Source of the DNA: Eledone cirrhosa
Lineage: Eukaryota
Length of the DNA: 64,000 bases
Direction: 5' to 3'
NCBI GenBank assembly: GCA_964016885.1
Contig: OZ024742.1
Coordinates: 279,744,001 to 279,808,000, forward strand
Shown here: positions 1 to 15,065 of the stretch, piece after piece
Layout: each line of letters begins with the position of its first letter
Numbering within the stretch: position 1 is the first letter of the stretch
Notes under the pieces: model-generated
What the model saw: the letters and a program-made list of their open reading frames with translations, nothing else
Databases searched by the model: none
Told to the model about the DNA's origin: nothing
Translations under genes and position numbers: made by a program

Positions 1-930
1 AACTCTATTTTTCTCTCTCTCTCTCTCTCTCTCGCTTTTATTACACTATTGCTCTGCTAAATCTCACTTGATCTCTAATTTCAGTAGCTATAATATACTA
101 TTATTTTTATTATTAGAGTTATAGCCCTTTATGTTCTGAGTTGAAATCCCACCGCGGTTAGCTTTGCATTTCATCCTTACGGGGTCGATAAATAATGCAC
201 CAGCTTCCCAGTACTGGTTTTTGTTTGCTACTAGTCCATATTAGCTGAGCGTGATCATTAGTGTATACATCTTCATCGAATGTTTAATAAGTTCACTTCT
301 TAATCACTTTCAGGATTTGGTGTGATGTAAATCTGTGGTAAAAGAAAATTGGTCATGATGTCGAACAGTGTGAACAAACATAAAGCCATGCCTAGTTCTG
401 AAGCTAACTTCTCAACCATTCCGACTTTCTACATGTACTATTGCATTTAAAAAATTCAAAACGAAATGGAAGCAACACATTTAAATCAAAGGAGTAGCAT
501 CTTAAAGGTAGGGTATACTCATTAATTCAAAGCTGTATGATGTATGAAAAACAGAGTCTTGAATAAGAACATAATTAAGAAAAGTAATTTACGAATGTAG
601 CAGCATCCAACATATTTAAATAGCTAGACATAATAAAAATATGAGCCACGTTAAATGGTACAATAACTAAAATTTCGACGTGAAGTGATCTTGAAGTAAT
701 GTTTTTTTTTTTCTTTTGTTAATAAAGACTTTATAACGAGGAGCATGGTGTAAAAAGTATCCAGTTCATTCATAAAAAAGAGATTCTCTAAGAAATATGA
801 AATTACACATACACGTATACATGACCATTACACGTATTTTGAATTGTGAAACTTAGAGATTCATATACACATCAATATATACATTCATGTTTATTAATAC
901 ATACATGCAAACATACATAAATACACCCCA

Positions 931-1752
<822 letters not shown>

Positions 1753-1952
1753 NNNNNNNNNNNNNNNNNNNNNNNNNNNNNNNNNNNNNNNNNNNNNNNN
1801 NNNNNNNNNNNNNNNNNNNNNNNNNNNNNNNNNNNNNNNNNNNNNNNNNNNNNNNNNNNNNNNNNNNNNNNNNNNNNNNNNNNNNNNNNNNNNNNNNNNN
1901 NNNNNNNNNNNNNNNNNNNNNNNNNNNNNNNNNNNNNNNNNNNNNNNNNNNN
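1753..1952. other. Assembly gap (200 N)
   Basis: Run of N next to a long (TA)n tract. Confidence 0.99.
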
Positions 1953-2504
1953 ATTTCTGTCACAAGGTCTGGATTGACCTGAAGATATTGTAAATAACAT
2001 GCAGAAGGTTGGAACCAGGGAATTAATGATTGTGATAGAAACGCATTAACCATTCGGCCATGCTACATCCACAATAATATATTTTCATTATACATCCTCC
2101 TTATTTCACACTGTGCGCTGTGATTTGACGGGAGAAGGTTTGGCTGCTATTTCTAGTTTATTGTGCCTCTCAAGTTGTCTCGTGATAATTGTGATAATAA
2201 TAGTTGGATTATTAGCAAGAGTTTTATTGAACAAAATGCAAGAAAAAAAAAATACATATATATATATATAGAACATAAATTCTTTATTGTCAAATTCTGA
2301 TGGCTGTGTAACATTGAAATTCTCTGTTTCATCTTGTGTCATAGGTTAAAATCTAGTAGGTCAGAGTTCAAAACAGATAACACTGAAACACGATAGATGG
2401 AAGTTAAATATATCCTAATTTAGCGCAATGTATTTCTGATCAGTCGACTGTTAAGTCTGCCTACGACAATGAGTTGAAAATGAGCGTTATTTTCGTTTTT
2501 GTAG

Positions 2505-3370
2505 TCATTTAACCCCTGGGTCAGCCCTGATAGTAGAGACCTACGATTAAAGATTAAAGGCGTTCCATCTGCGACTAACCAACCAACCAACCCATCTTTT
2601 GATTGACTCTTAGTATATCTTCGAATATTTTGTCCAATGTTTCCGTCTTTCTTCTTTTGATGGAGATATGGCTGCTATTTTTTGTGTTGTGTAACCTGGG
2701 TCAGTCCTGATGGAACACAGAAATAATCAAAAGCATTCCAGCTGTGACCAATCTATCCGTCTTTTGTTTGTCACCGTCTATCTTGAAATATCTCTTTCAA
2801 TATATGTTTCTTTCTTCTTTTCTTTTATTATTTTATGGATTGGCAGTATCGGTAGAGGGTCTGACGCCATGCTTTGACGCATAGAGTTACGGCCCTTTCC
2901 ATTCTGATTTCAATTCCCGCCGAGGTTAACTTTGCATTTCATCCTCACGGGGTCGATAAAATAAAGTACTAGTAATTCACTGGGTAATTGCTGGCCTTGT
3001 GCCAAAAGTAGAAACAATTATTTTATATTGAAATATGTTATTTGATGAAGATCTGTTTGGTATGTTTTTGGTTTTGTCGTTGCTTAATCCTGTTCCATCG
3101 TTCACCCAAAGACGCTCCAGTTATGACCATCCACCCAACCCGTCAATTGTTTGTGACTTATTAGTACCTTCATCTAACGTGTCTGATGTATACTTCCTTT
3201 TATAATTTTAAAAGAATCTAGATGTTAACTTGATGTAAACGTGGGTACGTTTACTGTTTTTGTTATTGTAAAAAGTCTAGATCAGCGTTCATAAAACTGA
3301 CGTATAATGAAATATCTCCAGCTGTGACCAACTCGTCTTTTGTCTGAGACTCAACAGTGTGTAGGACTAA
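2505..3370 (+). repeat. Cluster of diverged copies of a short interspersed repeat (taaccc..ggtcagccctga..aaaggcgttcca.ctgtgacca), interrupted by a SINE
   Basis: Related segments at about 2510, 2692, 3085 and 3275 share the (t/c)tccagctgtgacca-like motif. Confidence 0.5.
2836..3022 (+). mobile_element. tRNA-derived SINE (about 200 bp family)
   Basis: A-box TGGCAGTATCGG, degenerate B-box, body gaggttaactttgc.tttcatcct.acggggtcgataaaataaagtac, tail gtgccaaaagtagaaacaattatt; more than 12 copies in the window. Confidence 0.85.
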
Positions 3371-3577
3371 TTTATTGATTTTGAGACAAAAAATAATTGA
3401 TTGGAAAAACGGCAGAGAGAGATACAGTGCGCTATCAAATTTATATTTTTAATTATCGTGTCTATAGTCTGCTCTGCCTCTCATAGGTTATAGATTCCAT
3501 ACACTGGTGATTTTTTTCCCTGTTTTACTGATAGCGCGCTGTATATATCTCTCTCTGGTGTGTTACCTTTTCAACAT

Positions 3578-3605
<28 letters not shown>

Positions 3606-3610
<5 letters not shown>

Positions 3611-3625
3611 GAATATCTGCTTCGG

Positions 3626-3679
<54 letters not shown>

Positions 3680-4124
3680 GCACGCGTATGTATAAACATT
3701 ATGCATTTCCACAGTATTTTCACCAAACTTAAGATATAGGTTACTTTTGTACTCCGGATGGTCATGGGCACTTTCATTTTTCCAGATATTGATTATAGGG
3801 CCTCCCGGCAGATAACCCCCTTTAACCACTTCCTTGGAGTCGACTGAAGCACTGCAGTGTAATGCAACAAAACGTCATAACTTCTGGAGTGCGCAACCGA
3901 TTTTCACAAAACTTGACACATGGGCTACATTTGTCCTACAGATGAATGTGAACTCTCATAATTGGCACATATTGAGTAGGTGACCCCTGGGGGAAGGAAC
4001 ATCCTTTTGGAAAAAGCCAATGATTTTGTAAAAGTATAGTTTTCGAAGCAGCACTGAAGTATTGACATAAATGTTATACACAAGTGCTATTTAATACCCG
4101 AGCAACGCCGGGTACCTCTGCTAG
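3606..4124 (+). mobile_element. Non-autonomous Helitron-like element
   Basis: 3' hairpin CCCGAGCAACGCCGGG followed by CTAG|T at 4121-4124; second copy inverted at 21418-21990; 5' boundary approximate. Confidence 0.75.
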
Positions 4125-4134
4125 TATATATATA

Positions 4135-4366
4135 TATAATATAAAATGAAAAATCAGTGATGCATTTGAACTTAATTTATTGTGTTACAATTGTTTCGCC
4201 GGCGGACAACTCGAGACATATTCATTGTGTGGATCTGTCTGATTCTGGATCCGTAGGTTCGACGGATCCACACAATGATCGGGTCTCGAGCTGTCCGCGT
4301 GCGAAACAATTGTAACACACAATAAATTGAGTTCGGAAGCATCACTGATTTTTCGTTTTATATTAT
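4135..4366. repeat. Foldback inverted repeat (about 100-bp arms) of a pLTR-like end
   Basis: aaaatcagtgatgc...ttattgtgttacaattgtttcgc mirrored by gcgaaacaattgtaacacacaataaa...gcatcactgatttt. Confidence 0.85.
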
Positions 4367-4498
4367 ATCATACTCTGCTCTGTAAGAAAATAGAGTGTTC
4401 AACCGGCATACACCCTATAGAAGCATCTTAGCTACGATCAGACACACACACACCCACACCCACACAAACACGCACACACATACACAGCAACACACAGC

Positions 4499-4608
<110 letters not shown>

Positions 4609-4621
4609 TACACATATATAT

Positions 4622-5069
4622 ATAATAATAAGGGTTGACGGACCCAGCATATTTATCAATGCCAGCACCGGTTGTATCTCAGCGCACTCAATGGGCAATG
4701 TAAGATACATTACCAGAGTATACACATAGTTATTTGCCTCAACACAACACACGTAAAACGGGTGCCTATAAGGTTCCAGGACTCGAGTTTCTGCCGAACT
4801 AATGCAGCAGTGAGGTGTACTGCACCATCTGTCTGCATATATTATGCAACAATGCACAATCGGCTTATGCGGCTTCATCAGCGGGTATCGCCTAATCAAT
4901 AACCAATCGATCGACAGAATCCAAACACCGGCCCATCCCGGTTATGACTGTTTGTGACAACCGACACGGTAAAGCGATTAGCAACTGGCTACCGATAGGA
5001 CTCTATCTCTCAACTAGCCACTGATTTACACATTTTACGTGGGGACGAGAAGTTAAAAAGAATCAATCT
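4622..5069 (-). mobile_element. About 450-bp non-coding HHR-bearing element (retrozyme or non-autonomous PLE-like), copy 1
   Basis: Highly similar to 58060-58498; its 3' end abuts (TA)n; contains an HHR at 4776-4885. Confidence 0.75.
4776..4885 (-). ncRNA. Type I hammerhead ribozyme with enlarged stem II
   Basis: Minus strand: cccg CTGATGA a-gccg...(83 nt in total)...cggc-a GAAA ctcgag TC ctgg; copy 2 reads cggg after the cleavage site, restoring stem I in the consensus. Confidence 0.65.
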
Positions 5070-5215
5070 TTTAGTTTCTGTCAGAAGCCCTCGGCCAACG
5101 TGTCTCACACACAAATTATCAAGGTGTGAAAAGATTGCTATTAGAAATAGCAGTTCACTTTGATATAAAATAGAATGGTAGCATTCGGTTCATGTCTCCA
5201 AGCCCCAGTAATACT

Positions 5216-5262
<47 letters not shown>

Positions 5263-6275
5263 ATTACTGTTTTATATAAGGATGCCTTCGACTTTTTTAC
5301 TTCCTTCTGCCAATGTATTGCGATAGCTTTGATATACCAGTACAAACACAATTTGAGGCATTTCTTATATAAAACAGGAATCCGTAATAGTATAGAATCT
5401 TAGCTAACTTACGATAGCACCACAACCTAAATAACTAGAACTAACTTTAAGATTAATGGTAGATTTATTGGTATTTGAAATAAATAAATTAGTGAACACG
5501 GCCCTTTCCCGGGCCATAGAGCAATTGATAACTAAAAATCTCTACGAGGATAGGATACATTAGAAAATGATAAATGCTTAGCAAATCGTAAATAAAAAAC
5601 AAATTAACAAACACATAAGTGCACTACGCTATTCGCTTTGACTTAAATACGCCGAAAGTTAAATTTCTCTCGTCGTTTTTCTCTTTTTGAACCTAATGTA
5701 GTTCAGTACAATGTGATTTTTACAGATTAGATATTTTTGATAAGGTAGAATTCTCTCTTGTGTGTGTGTGCTCTACTGACGAGCTTAACATCTTCAGGTC
5801 AATAGGTCTAGTCGCTCATTTCCGACTATTTTTCATTCTGTCTAGCCACTTTCCTTGCCGCCATGAGTGTAATAAAAGTAGTTTAATTCAAGACATTTAT
5901 CGGGATAAAGCAAGACTAAACCAGCTATCTTTACGAAGTCGTACATTTGAACAAAAGTTCACCCCCACCCCTCACTGCTCACTTACTACCAGAAAAACAA
6001 AAATAAAAAACGAAACAAAAAAGACATGAGAACTTTTGAGATTATTATTATTATTTTTTTTGCATACACTGTCTGCTCATATATGGATTATACCACTTGA
6101 CGAGTTCAGCTAGATTCCCGCCACTCGAATACCGGCGCTTTACTTTGGATCTAACTCTGGAAACGGCCGGAGCTCAGCCGTCGGGGGTCCTGATGTGTTT
6201 CATATTACTCACTCTACTACCCCAAGTATCGAGTACTCCAGTGTGTAATAGTCTAGGTAGTATTTACCGCATCTA

Positions 6276-6380
<105 letters not shown>

Positions 6381-6427
6381 AAAAGTAAACGGAAAGCATC
6401 ACAGCAAAATGGTACAGTGTACAAAGA

Positions 6428-6463
<36 letters not shown>

Positions 6464-7267
6464 GGGGATATAGGGAAGGAGTGGGAGAAAGAAAGAGAAG
6501 AGAGAAAACCACAGACGAAATCCTAATAACCCATAGTCATTAGTGATGCATACTGTTAGTTGATATTTCATTTTAAAGAGTGAAATGTGTGCGGGAGGGG
6601 TCGAGGGTTCGTGTCTGACTGTTGTGCCACAACATGGTTGAGGTTGGCATATTGGTGGTAAACATGCATGACATCTGTTGTGACCAACAAAGCGTGGAAT
6701 TAGAACACGTGTACAGATGTAAATGTGTGAATAAAGGCTCGAAAAGCTACAACTAAACAACAACAATAAAAACAACAACAGTTAAAACAACAACAACAAC
6801 GACGATAGAAGCAATAACTATTACAAGAGCATTAAATTACAGTGTAAGATGTAAAAGAAAAAGAAAACAAAGAACATGGTGATATCAATGTTATTCTTGA
6901 TGATGATGATGATGGTGGTGATGATGATGGCGGTGGTGGTGCTGGTGGTGATGGTGCTGCTACTGCTGCTGTTGCTGCTGCAGCTGCTGCTGTTTGTGAT
7001 GCTTGTGCTGATGATGTTGATGATGATGATGCAGCAGTAGCTGCTATTGATGTTGATGCTGTAGAAGAAGAAGAAGAAGAAGAAGAAGAAGAAGAAGAAG
7101 AAGAAGAAGAAGAAGAAGAAGAAGAAGAAGAAAGTGGAGTAATGTGAGGTTCAGATCACACTGATATAGACTAAAGATAAAGAAAACCGTACTAAATTTC
7201 CCCACATATTAATAACAAACAGCTGATAAATGTCACCGTATACTACAGATACAACAACAACAACAAA

Positions 7268-7310
<43 letters not shown>

Positions 7311-9241
7311 GCTGCTGCTGCTACTACTACTGCTCCTCCTACTACTAATTCCATTGAGTAAAATTAATGTGAACTCTGATGGCGTAAACGGTGCATGTTG
7401 GAACCCCGCCAGTTTCGGCGACGAGGGCTCCAATTGAACACCATGTTCGTGAAATTCGCTTGCAAATGCCTGAAGATTCTAAAAACACGTCTATCCTAAG
7501 TGTAATCCTCAAGAAGATTCAGCTTGCCACAGTGTGTGATTAGACTTTCTTTTAGAATTAAGTTACTGACCATCATATTTTGTAGTTTAAAAATCATTTT
7601 ATTCCACAGACACAGTTACCCTTCGAATGACAGGCGGAATTCTTTTCGGTCAGCTGAATAACCCGGAGCAACGTAATCCACAGTGTCTTGCTTAAAAACA
7701 TAACCAAACGCCAGGAAACAAACGATGATCTTACAATAGTGAGCTGCACTCCTTAACCACAAAGGCACAGGTTTTAACAAAGGTAGGCTTTGCATAGGAA
7801 TGGTCACAGAGAAATTCATTTTTTTTCGCTGATGAAGAAAAGTGGTTAGAAGTAAAAGAGCCATAAACTATCATCTTTCAAATGCATAGAGGGCTGCCAA
7901 GAAATACTTGTTAGCATCCATTACATAGTTAATATAATTAGAAGTGTTAGACTGGATTCCCAATGCGTCGTAGCCAAAGTAAGACTGTGGTGAGTAATTG
8001 TTCACAGAGTTGTTTATTACCTCTTAACTCTGCCAATAAGAAAGACCTTTCCTCTCTGAGTAAAAGGCAGGGTGGATGATGCTTGTGTACGTAGATCGAT
8101 GTTACATGGAAGTATAACAGGGACATTGAATGACATGGGTTTGCGATGGCTAGAAAGAAATAAGGCGAGTGTGCTCTAATGAGCGTGTAACGTTTATGTG
8201 TATAAGAGATGGAGCACAAATGAGCTGAGAAGAAATTAGATTTGAGACGAATGACTTGCAGTCTACTAAAGCGGAAATGGGGGTGGCACAAACATGTGGA
8301 TACAAAGGAATGTGTCTATTGAGTGGTAATTCGTTAGGCAATCCAACTTAAACAAACTTGCAGAAATACAAGACCAAACAGGACATAGGAAGAATCAATG
8401 AAAGCTGAACTCAGCGGGATAAACCCCATAAAACGATACCGAGGAAACACAACGTGTACTGAAATGTTCTGCTGGAATAACCCATCCGATCCATGCAGAC
8501 ATGCCAAACCAAGCGCAAACATGATTTGTGGTCTTCTCGGTTGTAATATCGTAGGTATTTTATATAAATGCCCAACCCATATCCATTTAGTCTGCTTGTT
8601 CATATATTCTCTAACACACACTAAATATACTTTATTTATCCTATGTCACAAACTCTTTAATACATACACGCTTACATACAAATCACAGTTAGACGTACAC
8701 AATATAAACCTACATGCACACGTTAAAATGTAATTATACACTCACACATACAAATTCACACATCTCACGGACATACATTAACACTGCCAGATACTTTACA
8801 CACAAAATAGCATCAACGCACATATACATTACACACATTCAAACTTACATTAACTCACACATACGAGTCCACTACCACATACCACTCGGATATACGCATA
8901 ACATACACTCATTGTGATACCTTTAGCAATATGCCTTTAAAAAAAGCACACGTTTAAACAAACACTGACATTCACACATAATATCGACACACTTCACTTT
9001 GCGTTCCAAAATCGTTACCAATTCTACCTAAGGGTTTGTCTTGTTTACTCTCTTCATTTTCGATTTTTTTTTCTTTACTTGGAAGACCTTTATTTTCTGT
9101 ATCTATCCTTTTTGATCCTGACTTTATTTTTGTAATCCTGAAGAACGGCTAAAGCCCGACACGTGTAACATTCTTTTTACTTTTCCGTATAAAGTCTGAA
9201 ACTAATAATACTTTTCTACCTCTTTTTCTTCTCTCCTTGAA

Positions 9242-9307
<66 letters not shown>

Positions 9308-9352
9308 TTATATATATATATATATATATATGGGGGGGGGGGCGTGTGTGTG

Positions 9353-9394
<42 letters not shown>

Positions 9395-10073
9395 CCTGGA
9401 GAGAAGTTGGGCTCCACCAGGTTTAAAAACTGTTCTAGTTACGCAGTATGTCATTACAGTAGCCCATACGAACTAGAATCTATCGTCTAACACAAACACC
9501 TGATAGTCACATATGAAAGCTACCTTTGATTGGCCAAAAGTATATCTAGCTAAAAACCGGTAAAAGCTGTGTAATTTCTTAATTTATGGCCAGATATGCA
9601 TTCAACAGATCTGATATACAAATACCACCACTTCAAAGCTCATAAATATATCAGAACAAAATACTTTTCATGTTTAAAATTAGTATTCCATGAACATTGT
9701 AACACCTAACAATGTAATATGGTTTCGTTGAATTCCATGGTTAAAAGAGATAGCAGCTTGTCTTCCTACTGGTAATTATACAGCTGAATTGCAATGCTTT
9801 GGAGACATCGATTTCACCCACTACCCCTACTCCATTACATATCAACTCATATAAAACATCGACCAACTCACACAACAGGCATCACCGCTAAGCATATAAA
9901 CAATATACACAACACCGATAAAAATGAAACATTATTTGAGCAAAGACACATAGGTTTTCATCGAATTTTCATTACTACACCCATTAAGTTTTTCTCACTT
10001 TCCTCATTCTCTCCATCCCATCACCAAATTCCATTCTCTCTCCCCTTCTCTCTCCCTCACCCTTTCTCTCTCC

Positions 10074-10179
<106 letters not shown>

Positions 10180-10188
10180 TATATATAC

Positions 10189-10568
10189 ACAATATATTAA
10201 CAAATGGAAACTATATTTATAAAACCATATATATTTCATTATACATATTTCAAGGACACCATAGCAAATTAAGGTGCGCTTTCATCAGATAAAATATAAT
10301 ATAGATCAATTTTATAAACAAATATTGACATACCCTTAAAGAATGCGACCATGTCGGTTGGAACCTCCCGGATAGTCATCCGGGAGCTTACAACCGACAT
10401 GGTCGCATTCTTTAAGGGTATGTCAATATTTGTTTATAAAATTGATCTATATTATATTTTATCTGATGAAAGCGCACCTTAATTTGCTATGGTGTCCTTG
10501 AAATATGTATAATGAAATATATATGGTTTTATAAATATAAATATAGTTTCCATTTGTTAATATATTGT
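10189..10568. repeat. Near-perfect foldback (about 185-bp arms, 4-nt loop at 10374-10377) with an outward-pointing HHR in each arm
   Basis: Arms are reverse complements apart from a few mismatches near the centre and one 6-nt indel. Confidence 0.95.
10454..10520 (+). ncRNA. Type I hammerhead ribozyme
   Basis: atattttat CTGATGA aagcgcacc..ggtgtcctt GAAA tatgta TA atgaaatat: 9-bp stem I, intact core; mirror copy on the minus strand at about 10231-10297. Confidence 0.8.
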
Positions 10569-10659
10569 ATTTTTACTCCAATAATTTGTTGAGTGCTTTA
10601 TATCAGTTATAAAAATATTTGCTTGTTGTATCCCAACAGATTAAATATAACTTCTACAA

Positions 10660-10763
<104 letters not shown>

Positions 10764-11024
10764 GGTATATATATATATCCCTGCACACACACACATACAA
10801 ACACACAAACATACGAATGACATACTGTGAAAATAATTTTCGCTGCTCTTGACACAACCATTCATATCGAATAACACAGATTGAGACTTACACACAGAAA
10901 CACACACTCACACACACAACCGAAAACACTCATACACACACATATATAGAAACAGAAACGAACGACGTGGCGTTAAAACACTTTTCACACATCTTGACAC
11001 AGCCATTGGTATTAAATAACGCAT

Positions 11025-11096
<72 letters not shown>

Positions 11097-11102
11097 TTAT
11101 AA

Positions 11103-11161
<59 letters not shown>

Positions 11162-11232
11162 CATATATATACATATATATATACATACATATATATACAT
11201 ATATATATATATATACATATATATCCATATAT

Positions 11233-11289
<57 letters not shown>

Positions 11290-11311
11290 CATATATATCC
11301 ATAAACGTTTA

Positions 11312-11381
<70 letters not shown>

Positions 11382-11724
11382 TTTGTGAAAAAGTGATCGA
11401 AAGAGCGGATGGATGAGAGAGAGGGCAAACAGTGAGAAACACACACAGACATGCATATGTACACACAGGGAAGGACACATGTAGTATAGAGATGATATAG
11501 TGGTGTAAAGGAAAATAAAGTATAAGGAGGAGGTGGAGGTGAGGAGGAGGAGGAAGAAGAGAAAATGTCAAAAATATAATAAATTACGAAAAGAAAGCCG
11601 AGACAGCAAAATACAGCAAAAAAATATAACATAATAATAATGATAATACTAATAATATTAATAATACTAACAACTACGGCAACAACCACATCTGCAATAA
11701 ATAATGTAACTGAAACAATATGAC

Positions 11725-11811
<87 letters not shown>

Positions 11812-11844
11812 TTATTTATAGAAGATATATATAGATATATATAG

Positions 11845-11973
<129 letters not shown>

Positions 11974-11984
11974 AACTCACACAT

Positions 11985-12050
<66 letters not shown>

Positions 12051-12344
12051 CAGAATACTCGGGTGTTTTTTCGAAGCAACGCAACCGTGTTTTAGGGGTG
12101 AAAAGGTTTATTTTGACAAGTATACAGCAAAACACATGAGTCTCTTGTTAATTACTTACATGTAGAGATTACTTGTATGTGTGTGTGTATTCGTGTGTGT
12201 GTGAGTGTGTGTGTGTGCGTGTGTGTGTATGTACATATATATGTGTGGGTTTGTATGTTCGTGTGCGTGTGTATGCGTGCGCGCGCAAGTGTTTGTGTGT
12301 GTTTTTTGGTGTCTAGTGCTATGTTTCAGATAAAATGTTTGGTG

Positions 12345-12700
12345 TTGTGATAGGGTTAGGGATATGGATAGGAACAGGGATAATATGTGTGAAGTTATGA
12401 TCGGGAAAGGATAGGATGTGAAGAGTCATTATAGAGATAGAATAGAATGTTTGAGGTTATGATAGGATTAGGCTAGGAGGTGTAAAGTTATGTTAGATAT
12501 AGGATATGTGGAGTTATGATAGGGATACAATATGATGTGTGAGGTTATGATAGAGATAGGACGGGCTGTGTAAAGTTATGATAGGCATAGGATAGGGTGT
12601 GTGAGATTACGATAGAGATAGGATAGCATGTGTGAGCTTATGTTACAGATATGATAGAGATATGATAGAGATATGATGGGGTGTGAGAGGTTATTATTGA
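12345..12700. repeat. Degenerate minisatellite (about 30-bp unit gtgtgaggttatgatagagataggatag)
   Basis: About 10 diverged tandem units visible. Confidence 0.7.
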
Positions 12701-12733
12701 GATTCTTTTTATCGTGTCAGTTACAAAGCTTGA

Positions 12734-13070
12734 CTAGATGTGGTTCCACCTCAGCTGAAAAAATTGCTGTCTTTTCTCATTAAAATCTGCCAAGTCAAAT
12801 GCTGTGCTAGGGTGTTCCAGCAGGGAACATATCAGGAGGTGCTGCATAGTCTGTGTTTCGATGCCGCAGTCACACACAACGTCCCTATTCCTTAAATAAC
12901 CCCATTTTGGCAGATTGGCTTTTGCACGACCAATTCCAGATCTTAATCTGTTGAGGCATTTCCACACTGCATAGTTTGTAGCTGCTCCTTTTATTGTTAA
13001 CTTTAATTTCCACTGGGAAAACATAGTATCTAGACCATGTAATAATTCTATTTGCGGGGGATGGTCAATT
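12734..13070 (-). pseudogene. 3' fragment of LINE ORF2 (Ingi/Vingi-like C-terminal Zn-knuckle region)
   Basis: WKCLNRLRSGIGRAKANLPKWGY..CDCG..QTMQHLLIC, a CCHC motif typical of non-LTR ORF2 C-termini; clade assignment tentative. Confidence 0.7.
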
Positions 13071-13220
13071 CTAGTGTCTAAGCATAATTTTAAACGTAGT
13101 AGTAAACCTATGTATATCTTGATATACACGGGTATATATCTGTGTATATATGCATATATATATATATATATAAATGAAAGGTATAGAAATTGTTTTAGCG
13201 ATATGCTAACAGTATTCCAT

Positions 13221-13316
<96 letters not shown>

Positions 13317-13327
13317 TTTACACATAC

Positions 13328-14351
13328 AAAACTCGAGATTTATCCTTAATAAGGTATCTTAAAAGTGAGCGAAACGAATGGGTCGGGATTTAGTGATTTA
13401 ATCCTGGTATGTATATAAGCATTTCTAACTTTAATTTTACCTAATTATGTATGGTTGACCGTATATTTAATTAATTTCCACGTGCAGTTGAAATGTTGGG
13501 TAAATATTCTATAACGGTTGGACGCGAAGACGCTGCTGTGGTGTATTTATTTATTGTTTCTTCATAGGTGTCTTTTATTCTTATAGCCTGGTCTAATTGA
13601 TTTTTTGTGTGGTTAATTATGCTGATTGGGAGTAGAGATGATGTATATATATTATCAAATAATTCTCTGGACATGCTTTACTCTATTGTATTTTGCCCTG
13701 ATTGTTTAATTTATTAATTCTTTATTGAGCCACATCGTGAATAGTTGCCAAAACACATATATACCTGTTACTTTGTTTAATTGGTGTATGTGTAAATATT
13801 TATATTTAATAATCTCCCATAAGGTTGAGATACAATTTGGGCGATATTGGGCTGCCCTTTCTAGTAACCAATCACACCCTTTCTGACTTGACCACTGCCA
13901 CGTCACAGTTCTCAACCATTTTGAATTCGTGTTTGGCGGGGGCCACTTCGGAAAAATAATCTGTCCTAGCGAGTTTATCCCCTGGAGAGCTCTAAAACTC
14001 GAGATTTATCCTTAATAAGGTATCTCAAAAGTGAGCGAAACCCATGGGTCGGGATTTAGTGATTTAATCCTGGTATATATATAAGAATTTCTAACTTTAA
14101 TTTTACCTAATTATGTATGGTTGACCGTATATTTAATTAATTTCCACGTGCTGTTGAAATGTTGGGTAAATATTCTCTAGCGGTTGGACGCGAAGACGCT
14201 GCTGTGGCGTATTTATTTACTGTTTCTTCATAGGTGCCTTTTATTCTTATAGCCTGGTCTAATTGATTTTGTGTGGTTAATTATGCTGATTGGGAGTAGA
14301 GATGATGTATATATATTATCAAATAATTCTCTAGACATACTTTACTCTATA

Positions 14352-14352
<1 letters not shown>
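13328..14352 (+). mobile_element. 1.5 tandem copies of a 666-bp HHR-bearing unit (retrozyme or pLTR-like)
   Basis: 13328-13690 is repeated at 13994-14352 (offset 666); flanked by (TAGA)n and (TA)n. Confidence 0.75.
13977..14055 (+). ncRNA. Type I hammerhead-like motif with A6G core change
   Basis: atccc CTGGAGA gctc...gagc GAAA cccatggg TC gggat: perfect stems I, II and III. Confidence 0.7.
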
Positions 14353-14398
<46 letters not shown>

Positions 14399-15065
14399 TG
14401 CGTGTGTGTGTGTGTATATGTGTGTACTTACCTTGCTTTTACCGATATTTTTCCTCTCTCACTATCTGATGGCGGATGATATTTACTAGTTATTCGTTTA
14501 AATGATCGCTTTCTATACCTTAGGTTATATTCTTTACTTTACTACCATTAACACTTTTAATTTCTGTTATTCAGTCTTATTACTAATTTTAACTTCCATT
14601 GTGAAAGCATAATATCTGGACCCAGATTTATGCATAATTTTTATGGGTAGTATTAAAACCATTAATGTTCTAACTCTTCAACTACCACGGTTTTTGGCCT
14701 TCTGCCAATGCACTATTGGGCCGGAATCATAGCTAGCTGACTGGCACCCTGTGACCCTTAAACAAGGGAGCGGGATATGATCCCCCATAGGATAATTTGC
14801 TATATTTTGCGATAGGAGTCAGCTACATATCCCACATTTACACATGCGCAATGAACATCGCTTTTGTCCGTTCTCTTGTCACTTCCATTTTGGACTACCT
14901 CCTCACTGTATCCTTTTATGTAGGAAGCTGTCTGATGAGATCATGGCAGTGGGTACACGGAATCATGTGGCCACTCTCGTCATGGAAATATGTATCACGG
15001 CCTCATCAATAAAGGACTTTAACATCTAAACTACTTTGTATTTCCTTATTATATATATATATATA

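Noticed and set aside
9130-9172. Functional HHR (CTGAAGA..GACACGTGTA); similar cases at 47754, 4185-4220 and 56118-56130
   Set aside because: GAAA or CUGANGA core damaged or missing; kept only as possible decayed pLTR remnants
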